The notes beneath the pieces were generated by a model. That model saw only the letters and a list, made by a program, of their open reading frames with translations. It was not told the origin of the DNA and did not search any database. From contig CAKSAK010000001.1 of assembly GCA_934435205.1 (NCBI GenBank), positions 542,243 to 606,242 on the forward strand: a stretch of DNA of 64,000 bases, read 5' to 3'. The position numbers were made by a program, and so were the translations under genes. Of the stretch, positions 19,938 to 28,294 are shown piece by piece; the first letter of the stretch is position 1; every line of letters begins with the position of its first letter. The DNA comes from an uncultured Ruminococcus sp. (GTDB lineage Bacteria > Bacillota > Clostridia > Oscillospirales > Ruminococcaceae).

Positions 19938-20123
19938 GAATTAGGAATTAGGAATTAGGAATGAGGAATTGACACCGCCGTACATTGTGACGTACAAAAA
20001 GTTTGTTTAATGAGAAAGTTTGTGAGATAATCATGCGAACGCAGTTCGCAATGAAAGAAATCATCGCCGCAGGCGATACCTTCATTCCTCATTCCTAATT
20101 CCTCATTTGTCATTCCTCATTAG
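19938..20123. mobile_element. Non-coding MITE-like element A bounded by inverted tandem heptamer repeats
   Basis: Left arm (AGGAATT)3-AGGAATG-AGGAATT at 19943-19970. Right arm is the reverse complement (CATTCCT-type heptamers) at 20081-20123. Internal palindromes GCGAACGCAGTTCGC and ATCGCCGCAGGCGAT. No ORF. Confidence 0.5.
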
Positions 20124-20133
20124 AGCGTTCCGC

Positions 20134-22665
20134 TCAGTTTTCTTCGTTCTTCAAAGCAATGACCGCTTCACGAACTTTCTCCATAAGCTCTTCGGGAGTT
20201 TCGCCGTTTGGATAGATAGGCTCGCCGTAAACAACTTTTACTTTGTATTTGCTAAGACGCTTCCAGTTGAAAAGCCTTGGGAGCTTTCTGTCTGGTGGGA
20301 ATATCTCGTGTCCGCCTTTGATGTAGGCTGGTACTATAGGTACATTGGCTTCGATAGCAAGGACGGCTGCACCGCTTTTGAACTTGCCCATTTCACCAGT
20401 TTTGCTTCTTGTACCCTCCGGGTGAACTAGCACGCCCCACTTCTGTCCAAGCTTTTTACGCAGAGCCACCATTGTTTCGTCTACTCTGCCGCCCCTGTCA
20501 ACAGGCACCATACCGCCTATTCTAACAATAAGTCGGCTGGCTAAACTGCCGTTGAAAAGCTCTTTTTTCGCCATACAGCAGAATTTTGCAAAACGCTCGT
20601 ATCTGAAATTCAGGGTGAGGAAGATAAAATCAAAGTTTGAAACGTGGTTTGCGCAGATTATATAACCGCCCTTATCAGGGAGATTTTCCTCGTTGGTGAC
20701 CTTGACTTCATAGAAGGCTGTCACAAGATTTCTGTAAAAGCGGTAAATACGATAGTCTATCTTTTTCTTGTCCAGCGGATAGAGCATTGACTTGACTGTT
20801 TGGGGCTTTATGCGGTTTGGGTTTTGCACGAGTGTGATAAGCTTGCCCACTGTCATATCCTTATCCATACAGCCGTCAACACGCACACCACTGAACTCCT
20901 CTATCTCAAGGGCAAGCTCGATAGCAGAGAGGGAATCTATGGTGAACTCCTGCAAAAATTTTGTATTGAGCTTGACTTCATTTGGCTGAACGTGTGCTAT
21001 TTTTGCCACGGCATTTCTTACCATTGACGGGATATCCGACGGGTCGATACTCTTTTCAGCCTGCTTTGTAAGGCTGTCAAGGTTATCCTCCATGACCATT
21101 TTCTTTAAAAGATAACGCTTTGGCTTGCCGATAGCTGTTCTTGGTATAGAATCCACAAAATGTATGCCGCTCAGCTTCATTGCCTGACCTGCGGAGGAGC
21201 TTATCTCTTTGAGCTTTTCCTCGGTCTGCTCACGTTTTTCCTCAGGGCAGACCACAAAGGCGTGCACCTCGTCATAGCTTTCCTCTTTTGCAGGCACTCC
21301 GCAGACCACAAGCTCGTCAACGCCCTCGATGCCCCTATAGACCTGCTCGATATCGTCAGGGGCGGCTTTTTTGCCTGTGGAAAGGACGATATTTTCCTTA
21401 CATCTGCCGAGAATGACGATATTTTTATGCTTATCGAACTTTACAAGGTCACCTGACTTAAACCAGCCGTCTGGCGTGAAAGCTTCATCTGTGGACTTTT
21501 TGTCGCCATAGTAGCCTATCATCATATAAGGCGACTTTATGAGAAGCTCACCGCTGCGGTCTATCTTCACTTTGATATCGGGATAAGGCTTTCCGCAGGT
21601 ATCGGCATAGACGTGCTTGCCATATGTGCCGATAGTTGGTATGCTCGTTTCGGTCGCACCATAGTTGTTCACAATATTAAAGCCTGTGCCGTAGAAGAAA
21701 TCGAATGTATCCTTTGACATTGGAGAGCCTGCGGAGCAGAGAAATCTAAGCTCACCGCCAAGGGCTTTGTGTATCTTTGAGAAGATCTTCTTACCGCTGT
21801 TTATGCCGTATATCTTACGCTGATGAAGTGCGATCGGAAACATTTTCTTGAAAAGTGCAGCTGACACCTTGCTTGCGTTGATCTGCTGAGTTATCTGGGT
21901 TTTCAGAAGCTCATATACCTTTGGCACGCCAGGGAAAACTGTAGGCTTGAAGTTTTGGAAGCCTGCGCTCAGACCCTTTGCGGAGAGTGACTCTATAAAG
22001 CACACTGTTCCCCCTGTGAGGAGAGGAGCTAACACCTGTGCGAAAAGTCCGTAGATATGGCTGTTTGGCAGGATACCGAGATAGCGTTCGTTGTCGGTTA
22101 TGCCGTTGCACTGGCAGACCATTTTGCAGGAATTTATCTGAGAATCGTGGGTGTGCATGATGCCTGAGGCTGTTCTTGTCGTACCGCTTGAAAAGATTAT
22201 CACTGCGATATCAGGGTCGCCTACTTCACCTTGACGGAGTATATTTTCCCCTGAACCGTCAAGTCTGTCAAGCTGGTTTTGGATATCGAGGACGGGTATA
22301 TTTTTCACGCTTGTAAGCTTCTTTGCCGACTTTTGAGAAGCGACAACGCACACAGGCTGTGACTTTTTCACCAGTGCGACAAACTCTGCCGCAGGAAGCG
22401 AATAATCCAGAAGGACGGCGGTGGCATTTAGCTTTGCACAGGCGAGAAATGTGATATTCCACTCAGGTCTGCCCTCGGAAGCAATGCAGACCCTATCCCC
22501 TGCCACAACGCCAAGGGCTTTAAGGCGGCTGCAAAAAACATCAGCCTGCTGTAAAGTCTGTCCGAATGTATATTCCTTAGTTTCTCCCTCGTCATTCATC
22601 ATCACGAGAGCGGTCTTGCTATAGCGGTTTATTGCCGTTTTTCTAAATTCGTTATAAATGTTCAT
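20134..22665 (-). CDS. Tri-domain acyl-AMP ligase (AMP-binding) / acyl-carrier-protein domain / 1-acylglycerol-3-phosphate-type acyltransferase (PlsC-like) fusion
   Basis: AMP-binding core FSSGTTRTASG and YGATET. Carrier-domain Ser motif FTIDSLSAIELALEIEEF. Acyltransferase ANHVSNFD (H-x4-D) and HPEGTRS motifs. 843 aa. Confidence 0.75.
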   Translation of the reverse strand: MNIYNEFRKTAINRYSKTALVMMNDEGETKEYTFGQTLQQADVFCSRLKALGVVAGDRVCIASEGRPEWNITFLACAKLNATAVLLDYSLPAAEFVALVKKSQPVCVVASQKSAKKLTSVKNIPVLDIQNQLDRLDGSGENILRQGEVGDPDIAVIIFSSGTTRTASGIMHTHDSQINSCKMVCQCNGITDNERYLGILPNSHIYGLFAQVLAPLLTGGTVCFIESLSAKGLSAGFQNFKPTVFPGVPKVYELLKTQITQQINASKVSAALFKKMFPIALHQRKIYGINSGKKIFSKIHKALGGELRFLCSAGSPMSKDTFDFFYGTGFNIVNNYGATETSIPTIGTYGKHVYADTCGKPYPDIKVKIDRSGELLIKSPYMMIGYYGDKKSTDEAFTPDGWFKSGDLVKFDKHKNIVILGRCKENIVLSTGKKAAPDDIEQVYRGIEGVDELVVCGVPAKEESYDEVHAFVVCPEEKREQTEEKLKEISSSAGQAMKLSGIHFVDSIPRTAIGKPKRYLLKKMVMEDNLDSLTKQAEKSIDPSDIPSMVRNAVAKIAHVQPNEVKLNTKFLQEFTIDSLSAIELALEIEEFSGVRVDGCMDKDMTVGKLITLVQNPNRIKPQTVKSMLYPLDKKKIDYRIYRFYRNLVTAFYEVKVTNEENLPDKGGYIICANHVSNFDFIFLTLNFRYERFAKFCCMAKKELFNGSLASRLIVRIGGMVPVDRGGRVDETMVALRKKLGQKWGVLVHPEGTRSKTGEMGKFKSGAAVLAIEANVPIVPAYIKGGHEIFPPDRKLPRLFNWKRLSKYKVKVVYGEPIYPNGETPEELMEKVREAVIALKNEEN

Positions 22666-22685
22666 AGCAGTTTCCTTTCCGCACC

Positions 22686-23129
22686 TCAGACTTTCTGAGA
22701 GTTGCCTTTCATTGTTTGCTCAAGTGCCTCAACAGCTTTTTCGGAGCTGTCAAGGAGCATATCCAGATTTTCTTCCCCTAATGCGTCAACAAACACGGTG
22801 AAATATTTTTCAAGACGCTGTCGCTTTTCCTCTATAGTTTTTTCCCCATTTGGAAGCAGTTTCACCTGCACACGGCGTTTATCCTCAGGGTCACGCACAA
22901 GGCTAACAAAGCCTTTTTTCTCCATTGCGCTGAGAACTGAGGTCACACGCTGACGTGATATCATAAGGTCACGGCTTATATCCGAGGGGTAGACTATGCC
23001 CTCGGCTGTGCTGAGATAGACTATCACTTTGCTTTCTCCCTGAAAAAGCTCTGCTAAGTCGTCCATATATCCTGTTTCAAAAAATCGTCTGAAAACTTCT
23101 CCGAAACGCTGGGCTGTTTTATCGTTCAT
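22686..23129 (-). CDS. MarR-family transcriptional regulator
   Basis: Winged-HTH ISRDLMISRQRVTSVLSAMEKKGFV. Start at MNDK, preceded by GGAGG. Confidence 0.8.
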   Translation of the reverse strand: MNDKTAQRFGEVFRRFFETGYMDDLAELFQGESKVIVYLSTAEGIVYPSDISRDLMISRQRVTSVLSAMEKKGFVSLVRDPEDKRRVQVKLLPNGEKTIEEKRQRLEKYFTVFVDALGEENLDMLLDSSEKAVEALEQTMKGNSQKV

Positions 23130-23232
23130 TGCTATTCCTCCAAATGTCAAGGCAGTTGATTGTCAACACTGTTGATTATACACCCTGTTGATGATTTTGT
23201 CAAGAGCATGGGGTGATATGGTACAAATGCCC

Positions 23233-23261
23233 TTGACAAAAGCCTCATATCATACTATAAT
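23233..23261 (+). promoter_or_regulatory. Consensus sigma-A promoter for nadA
   Basis: TTGACA, 17-nt spacer, TATAAT, in the divergent MarR/nadA intergenic region. Confidence 0.55.
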
Positions 23262-23298
23262 AATATGGTATAAAGCTGAAAGGGGGATATGCTTTTCA

Positions 23299-24246
23299 AT
23301 GGTCGAAAGGCATGATCTGAATATGATAAAGGACGTACAGGAAAAAATTCTTCAGTTAAAGAAAGAAAACGATATTTGTATACTTGCGCACAGCTATCAG
23401 GCTAAGGAGATAGTGGAGATAGCAGATATTACAGGTGATTCATACAAGCTAAGCGTTGAGGCGCAGAAGGTCTCAAACAAAAACATACTTATGTGCGGAG
23501 TGCATTTTATGGCTGAGGCGGCAAAAATGCTCAACCCTGACAAGAACGTATATCTTGCAAATCCATCGGCAGGCTGTCCAATGGCTGAGCAAATGGAGCC
23601 TGAGATGATAGAAATGATAAAGGCGCAGGAGCCTGACAGAAAGGTAGTATGCTACATAAACACCACAGCCGCACTCAAGAGGGTTTGCGACGTTTGCGTT
23701 ACTTCCTCGTCTGCTGTAAAGATAGTAAAGAACATGGACGCTGACAAGATCCTTTTCATTCCTGACTGCAATCTTGGCGCATTCGTAAAAAAAGCCTGTC
23801 CTGAAAAGGATATAATGCTGTTGCAGGGCGGATGTCCTGTTCATGCGTCGGTAACAAGGGCTGACATGATAGCGGCTAAGGAGGCTCACCCTGATGCCCT
23901 TGTGCTTTGTCACCCTGAGTGTATACCTGCGGTAAGCGAAATGGCAGACTATGTTGGTTCAACCTCAGGCATAATGAATTTTGCGGCTGAGTCTGACGCA
24001 AAGGAGTTCATCATCGGCACTGAGATATCTATTGCGGAGCATTTGCAGTACAGATTCCCAGACAAGGAATTTTACATACTCTCAAAGAAGATACTCTGCC
24101 CTAACATGAAGCTCACCACTCTTATGGACGTTTACAAAACCTGCGAGGGCATCGGCAACGGCGGCGGTTTTGAGATAAAGATGACTGACGAGGAGATAAC
24201 CTCTTCAAGAAGATGTATCGACGAAATGATACGTCTTGGGGGCTGA
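23299..24246 (+). CDS. nadA: Quinolinate synthase
   Basis: Conserved NadA motifs ILAHSYQ, HFMAE and CPxH. AAAGGGGGA RBS 8 nt before the ATG. Confidence 0.85.
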   Translation: MVERHDLNMIKDVQEKILQLKKENDICILAHSYQAKEIVEIADITGDSYKLSVEAQKVSNKNILMCGVHFMAEAAKMLNPDKNVYLANPSAGCPMAEQMEPEMIEMIKAQEPDRKVVCYINTTAALKRVCDVCVTSSSAVKIVKNMDADKILFIPDCNLGAFVKKACPEKDIMLLQGGCPVHASVTRADMIAAKEAHPDALVLCHPECIPAVSEMADYVGSTSGIMNFAAESDAKEFIIGTEISIAEHLQYRFPDKEFYILSKKILCPNMKLTTLMDVYKTCEGIGNGGGFEIKMTDEEITSSRRCIDEMIRLGG

Positions 24247-24250
24247 TAAA

Positions 24251-24685
24251 ATGGATAGCTACACCATTAAGATAGCAAAGGGGCTTGAGAACAATCCTGA
24301 CGCCAGACTTATAAGACAGCAGGTATTCGTTGAGGAGCAGGGCTTTGTGAACGAATTTGATGATATCGACCATGAGGCTTATCATGCTGTTATCTACACA
24401 GGGGGATATCCCATTGCAGCAGGCAGGCTGTTTGACGAAAATGGCAAAGCGCACATTGGGCGTATCTGCGTGAGAAAGGCTTATCGTGGCAGAGATCTTG
24501 GCAGAATGATAGTGGAAGCCCTTGAAAAGCAGGCTGAAAAAGTAGGCTACAAGGAAGTCGGCTTATCGGCACAAACGAGGGTACAGCAGTTTTACGAGAA
24601 GCTTGGCTACAGGGCATATGGTGATGTTTACAAGGACGAATATTGTCCGCACATTGCAATGAAAAAGACCCTTTCTGGGGAATAG
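24251..24685 (+). CDS. GNAT-family N-acetyltransferase
   Basis: Acetyl-CoA binding motif RGRDLGRMIVEALEKQA. Start at MDSYT after a G-rich RBS. Confidence 0.75.
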   Translation: MDSYTIKIAKGLENNPDARLIRQQVFVEEQGFVNEFDDIDHEAYHAVIYTGGYPIAAGRLFDENGKAHIGRICVRKAYRGRDLGRMIVEALEKQAEKVGYKEVGLSAQTRVQQFYEKLGYRAYGDVYKDEYCPHIAMKKTLSGE

Positions 24686-24695
24686 ATAAGAAAAA

Positions 24696-24723
24696 AGGAC
24701 GGCTTGTGGTCGTCCTTTTTTGG
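24696..24723 (+). terminator. Rho-independent terminator after the GNAT gene
   Basis: AGGACGG...CGTCCT stem followed by a T run. Confidence 0.6.
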
Positions 24724-24755
24724 TATTTGATAAACGCAAAAAGTTTGTGAAAGAA

Positions 24756-24857
24756 ACGGGCGAACACTGTTCGCCCCTACAGAAGTGGGGCATAAAATTT
24801 GAGGAAAAAACAGCATACGCATATTTTTTGTAGGGGCGAACAGCGTTCGCCCGTTTA
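24756..24857. repeat. Inverted pair of REP-like palindromic repeats
   Basis: GGGCGAACACTGTTCGCCCCTACA and TGTAGGGGCGAACAGCGTTCGCCCG separated by about 47 bp. Confidence 0.75.
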
Positions 24858-24886
24858 CCGCTCATCGCAGAATTTTTGTCACACAA

Positions 24887-24920
24887 GAAAAGGACGGAAT
24901 TTCTTCCGTCCTTGATTTTT
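24887..24920. terminator. Bidirectional terminator (serves the GH5 gene on the minus strand)
   Basis: AGGACGGAA-TTTC-TTCCGTCCT 9-bp stem, flanked by A and T runs. Confidence 0.7.
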
Positions 24921-26074
24921 TAGCTGTTTACTGTTTCCTTGATAGCGTCAACTATTTCAGGGAAATACCAGCCGCCCTCGGATCTGTTGAGAAGTCCGAA
25001 GTTCTCACCGTTTCCTATTCTTGTGCCGTTATCCCACCAACAGCATGGTACGCCATACTGCTTTGCGGTGCTGAGATAATCCTTTACACACTGAACTCTT
25101 GCTTCTGTATTATCCTTGTTTACAGAGCCGAACTCACCAATTATTACAGGTATTCCCTTGCTCAGAAAGACGCTGTCGATATCGGTGAAAAGCGTTGTGA
25201 TAGAGGAGTCGATGCTTGTATACTGATCTGTGCCTGCGGTATCAAGTGCAAATGAATATGGCAGATAAGCGTGGATAGAAACTATTATCTTATCGTCGCC
25301 CTGCGGAACTTCGAGGGCTTCCATGTTCTGTCTTGATGATGAAGCGGCATATGGCGTTACCATTATACATCTGTTAGGGTTGTTTCCGCCAGAAGCACGG
25401 ACAGTTTCAACGAACGCCTTTGCGTACTGATTTACGACCTCTCTTGACTCAGCGTCGCCGACCCACTCGTTGCCCTCGCCTCTAAGTCTAGGCTCATTCA
25501 CGCCCTCGAAAACGAGGTGCTCGTCATAGCCCTGAAATCTGTCGCATATCTGTTTCCAGAGGGCTTTGAGCTGCTCTATATCCTTATCGGCACGGTCTTT
25601 CTTAGGCATATACCACTCCTCGTGGTGGGTGTTGAGGATAACGAACATTCCGTTGTCGATACCGTAATCGACAATTTCCTGAACTCTGTTCATCCAAGCC
25701 TCGTCAACTGTATAATTCTCGTCCATGTGAGTACCCCATGAAACAGGGAGTCTGAACACGTTGAAGCCTGCGTCCTTGACCTGATCTATCATCAATTTTG
25801 TGGTTTCCACATTTCCCCATGAGGTTTCAGCGTCAACGCCTGAGCCGCCTGTGGAATCCATGGTATTGCCAAGATTCCAGCCCACTTTCATCTGAGCCAC
25901 AAGGTCTTTTGCAGTGGTCACTGTCATAGGGTCATTGGTATGCTTCTGTGTGTTTTCTGTAGCTGAGGAATCGTTCTCAGCCTTTGAGGAGCTGTCCGAA
26001 CTGCCACAGGCTGTCATCATTGATACGCCCATTGCAAGGGAAAGCACTGCCGCAAGTATTCTTTTGATTTTCAT
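24920..26074 (-). CDS. Glycoside hydrolase family 5 endoglucanase (lipoprotein)
   Basis: Lipobox MTACG. GH5 catalytic motifs VFEGVNEP (acid/base Glu) and IGEFG (nucleophile Glu). Start at MKIKRIL. Confidence 0.85.
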   Translation of the reverse strand: MKIKRILAAVLSLAMGVSMMTACGSSDSSSKAENDSSATENTQKHTNDPMTVTTAKDLVAQMKVGWNLGNTMDSTGGSGVDAETSWGNVETTKLMIDQVKDAGFNVFRLPVSWGTHMDENYTVDEAWMNRVQEIVDYGIDNGMFVILNTHHEEWYMPKKDRADKDIEQLKALWKQICDRFQGYDEHLVFEGVNEPRLRGEGNEWVGDAESREVVNQYAKAFVETVRASGGNNPNRCIMVTPYAASSSRQNMEALEVPQGDDKIIVSIHAYLPYSFALDTAGTDQYTSIDSSITTLFTDIDSVFLSKGIPVIIGEFGSVNKDNTEARVQCVKDYLSTAKQYGVPCCWWDNGTRIGNGENFGLLNRSEGGWYFPEIVDAIKETVNS

Positions 26075-26223
26075 ATTTTGGTTTTCCTTTCTCACTATAT
26101 AAAATAATAACACTTATATTCTAGCTCATTAAAGTGGATTTGTCAATAGATTTTGATATTTTAGCATATACAAAGAGTACAAGCAATGCCAGCCTTTTTC
26201 CTATAAATGTCGCAAACGCTTTT

Positions 26224-26300
26224 TGTAGGGGCGACCTTGGGTCGCCCGATGACTACTAGGTTTGTCAGCAAACTGCGGGCGAACACTGTTCGCCCCTACC
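26224..26300. repeat. Inverted pair of REP-like repeats (one a sequence variant)
   Basis: TGTAGGGGCGACCTTGGGTCGCCCG and CGGGCGAACACTGTTCGCCCCTACC. Confidence 0.7.
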
Positions 26301-26362
26301 CATGTGATATGATACCATAAAAAACAGGCAATGCTTATTGGTACTGCCTGTTATCTTTTTAT

Positions 26363-27061
26363 TTATCCCTCCGCAGGCTTTGGCGGCACTATGACCTCCA
26401 ATTTGCCCTCTCTAAGCGAGGTGATATAATCTTCTATGGAATTGATAGGCTCGTCAGTTGCAACACCGCTGATACGGCTGTCCTCTACCCACAGGTGGTG
26501 ATTGTCCGTTCCTCCTGTCTGCTTGAATCCGAACTGCTCGGCATACCATTTCGCACGCTCATTGAAAACTTCTTTGCCGTTGCCGCTGTTATAGACTTCA
26601 ACGCCGTCTATCCATTTGGGCAGCAGCTTTATTTCGTGGATATACCAATCCGCTTCACGAAAAGGGTGGGCATGGACAAGCACGCCCCCTGCTTTATGCA
26701 CTCTGTCGGCAAACTGATAAAAGCTTATGTCGCTAAGGTTATCATTAGCAAGAAGAAAGTCCTTGTCGATACCATAGGTCAAAAGGTCTGCGCCAAAGTA
26801 AGAATACTCCAGACCGAAAAACACTTTCAGACCTATCTCGTCACCCACAGCCTTGGCGTTTTCATAGCCTTTGCAGAACTTGTTTACTCTGTCCTCCCAG
26901 CTGTCAAAGTTGGTGACAGCGCAGTTGCCGTTGAAAAAGTGGTCGCTGACGATGATGCCGTCATAGCCTAGGGCTTTATAGCGCCTTGCCTGCTCTGCTC
27001 CGCTTGCTGAGGCACAGCCGCTTCCCTCGGCGGTATGCAGGTGTGTTTCATACCTGAACAT
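26363..27061 (-). CDS. PHP-domain metal-dependent phosphoesterase
   Basis: ETHLHT...SDH PHP His motifs. Start ATG overlaps the stop of the upstream epimerase gene (TAATG). Confidence 0.7.
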   Translation of the reverse strand: MFRYETHLHTAEGSGCASASGAEQARRYKALGYDGIIVSDHFFNGNCAVTNFDSWEDRVNKFCKGYENAKAVGDEIGLKVFFGLEYSYFGADLLTYGIDKDFLLANDNLSDISFYQFADRVHKAGGVLVHAHPFREADWYIHEIKLLPKWIDGVEVYNSGNGKEVFNERAKWYAEQFGFKQTGGTDNHHLWVEDSRISGVATDEPINSIEDYITSLREGKLEVIVPPKPAEG

Positions 27062-28230
27062 TAGAAGTCTACCCCTCTGTTTATTACCTCCATGCACATT
27101 CTGCCGTTATGATAAGGGCATTTCCATGGACCTACTATCTCTTTCCAATCGTGCGGCTTATGGTCATAAGAAACCTCGGAATACCACTCTGAGCCTTCTC
27201 TCTTGTCGATAATCTCAGCCTTGATGTAATCCCAAACGCTTCTTGCGCTTTCAAGGAACTTCTTATCTCCGCTGTGCTGATAAGCGTTGATGAAGCCAAC
27301 AACAGACTCGGCTTCTACCCACCAAACACGCTTCTTATCTATCTTATCGTTCTCACGCTCGTTGTTCAGTGCGCCGTTATCCAAAGCTATATTCTGGATA
27401 TTATGAGAGATTTTAAGATCCATTTCGGCAAACTGCTTTTTAAGCTCCTCGTCGCCCAAAGTATCGCAGGCAAGATCCATAAGCCATGTTGCTTCGATAT
27501 CGTGACCGAATGAGTGGATATCTCCCACAAGGTCGAACTTTGTGTCAAAGAAAACTTTCAGTGCGTTTGTTTCAGGGGTATAGACGATATCTCTCATCTG
27601 ACCAAGCTGGAATTTAAGCCTTTTAGCAACTTCCTCGTTGTGGTCTGCCTTATAAAGCTCGGTATAAGCTTCAATAAGGTGGAGGATAGCGTTCATTGTC
27701 TTATCAGCCTGCAAGCCGTTTTCTGAAAGTGCGTCATTTGACACCAGATTCCACTGTCTGTCAAAAGCTTCTCTATAGCCGTACTCGTCGAGAGTGTTGT
27801 TCTCGATATCGTGGAAAAGCTTATATGCAAGCTCCAACGCTTCCTTGTCACCGCTTGCGTTATAGTAGCATGACAGCGCATAGATAGCAAATGCAATGTT
27901 GTATGTATGCTTCATAGTGTCGGCAGGCTCGCCCTTATAGTTCATCATCCAATAAACTCCGCCGTACTCATAGTCGATACAGTGATTTTTGATAAACTCG
28001 TAAGCGTGGCGTGCGTTGTCAAGAAGCGTCTTATCACCCAGAGTGATATACGCTTTTGAATAGAACCAAAGTATTCTTGCGTGGAGGATAACGCCCTTAT
28101 CAGCCTGCTTATCAAGCTTAAGGTCATAGCTCATATAGCCGTAAAATCCACCGTTCTCATCATCTCTCAGCTTGTTCCAGAAGGGAATGATATGTCCTGT
28201 AAGTTCCTTTTTGACTTCTTCAATTATCAT
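27061..28230 (-). CDS. AGE-family sugar 2-epimerase, likely a cellobiose 2-epimerase
   Basis: 389 aa (alpha/alpha)6-barrel AGE-family protein. Its N-terminus matches my recollection of Ruminococcus-type cellobiose 2-epimerase. AAGGAG RBS. Confidence 0.75.
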   Translation of the reverse strand: MIIEEVKKELTGHIIPFWNKLRDDENGGFYGYMSYDLKLDKQADKGVILHARILWFYSKAYITLGDKTLLDNARHAYEFIKNHCIDYEYGGVYWMMNYKGEPADTMKHTYNIAFAIYALSCYYNASGDKEALELAYKLFHDIENNTLDEYGYREAFDRQWNLVSNDALSENGLQADKTMNAILHLIEAYTELYKADHNEEVAKRLKFQLGQMRDIVYTPETNALKVFFDTKFDLVGDIHSFGHDIEATWLMDLACDTLGDEELKKQFAEMDLKISHNIQNIALDNGALNNERENDKIDKKRVWWVEAESVVGFINAYQHSGDKKFLESARSVWDYIKAEIIDKREGSEWYSEVSYDHKPHDWKEIVGPWKCPYHNGRMCMEVINRGVDF

Positions 28231-28294
28231 CGTAAAAACTCCTTTTAAAATATATTGTCTACGATTTTTCTATTTCAACATTTCTTTATTTTTT

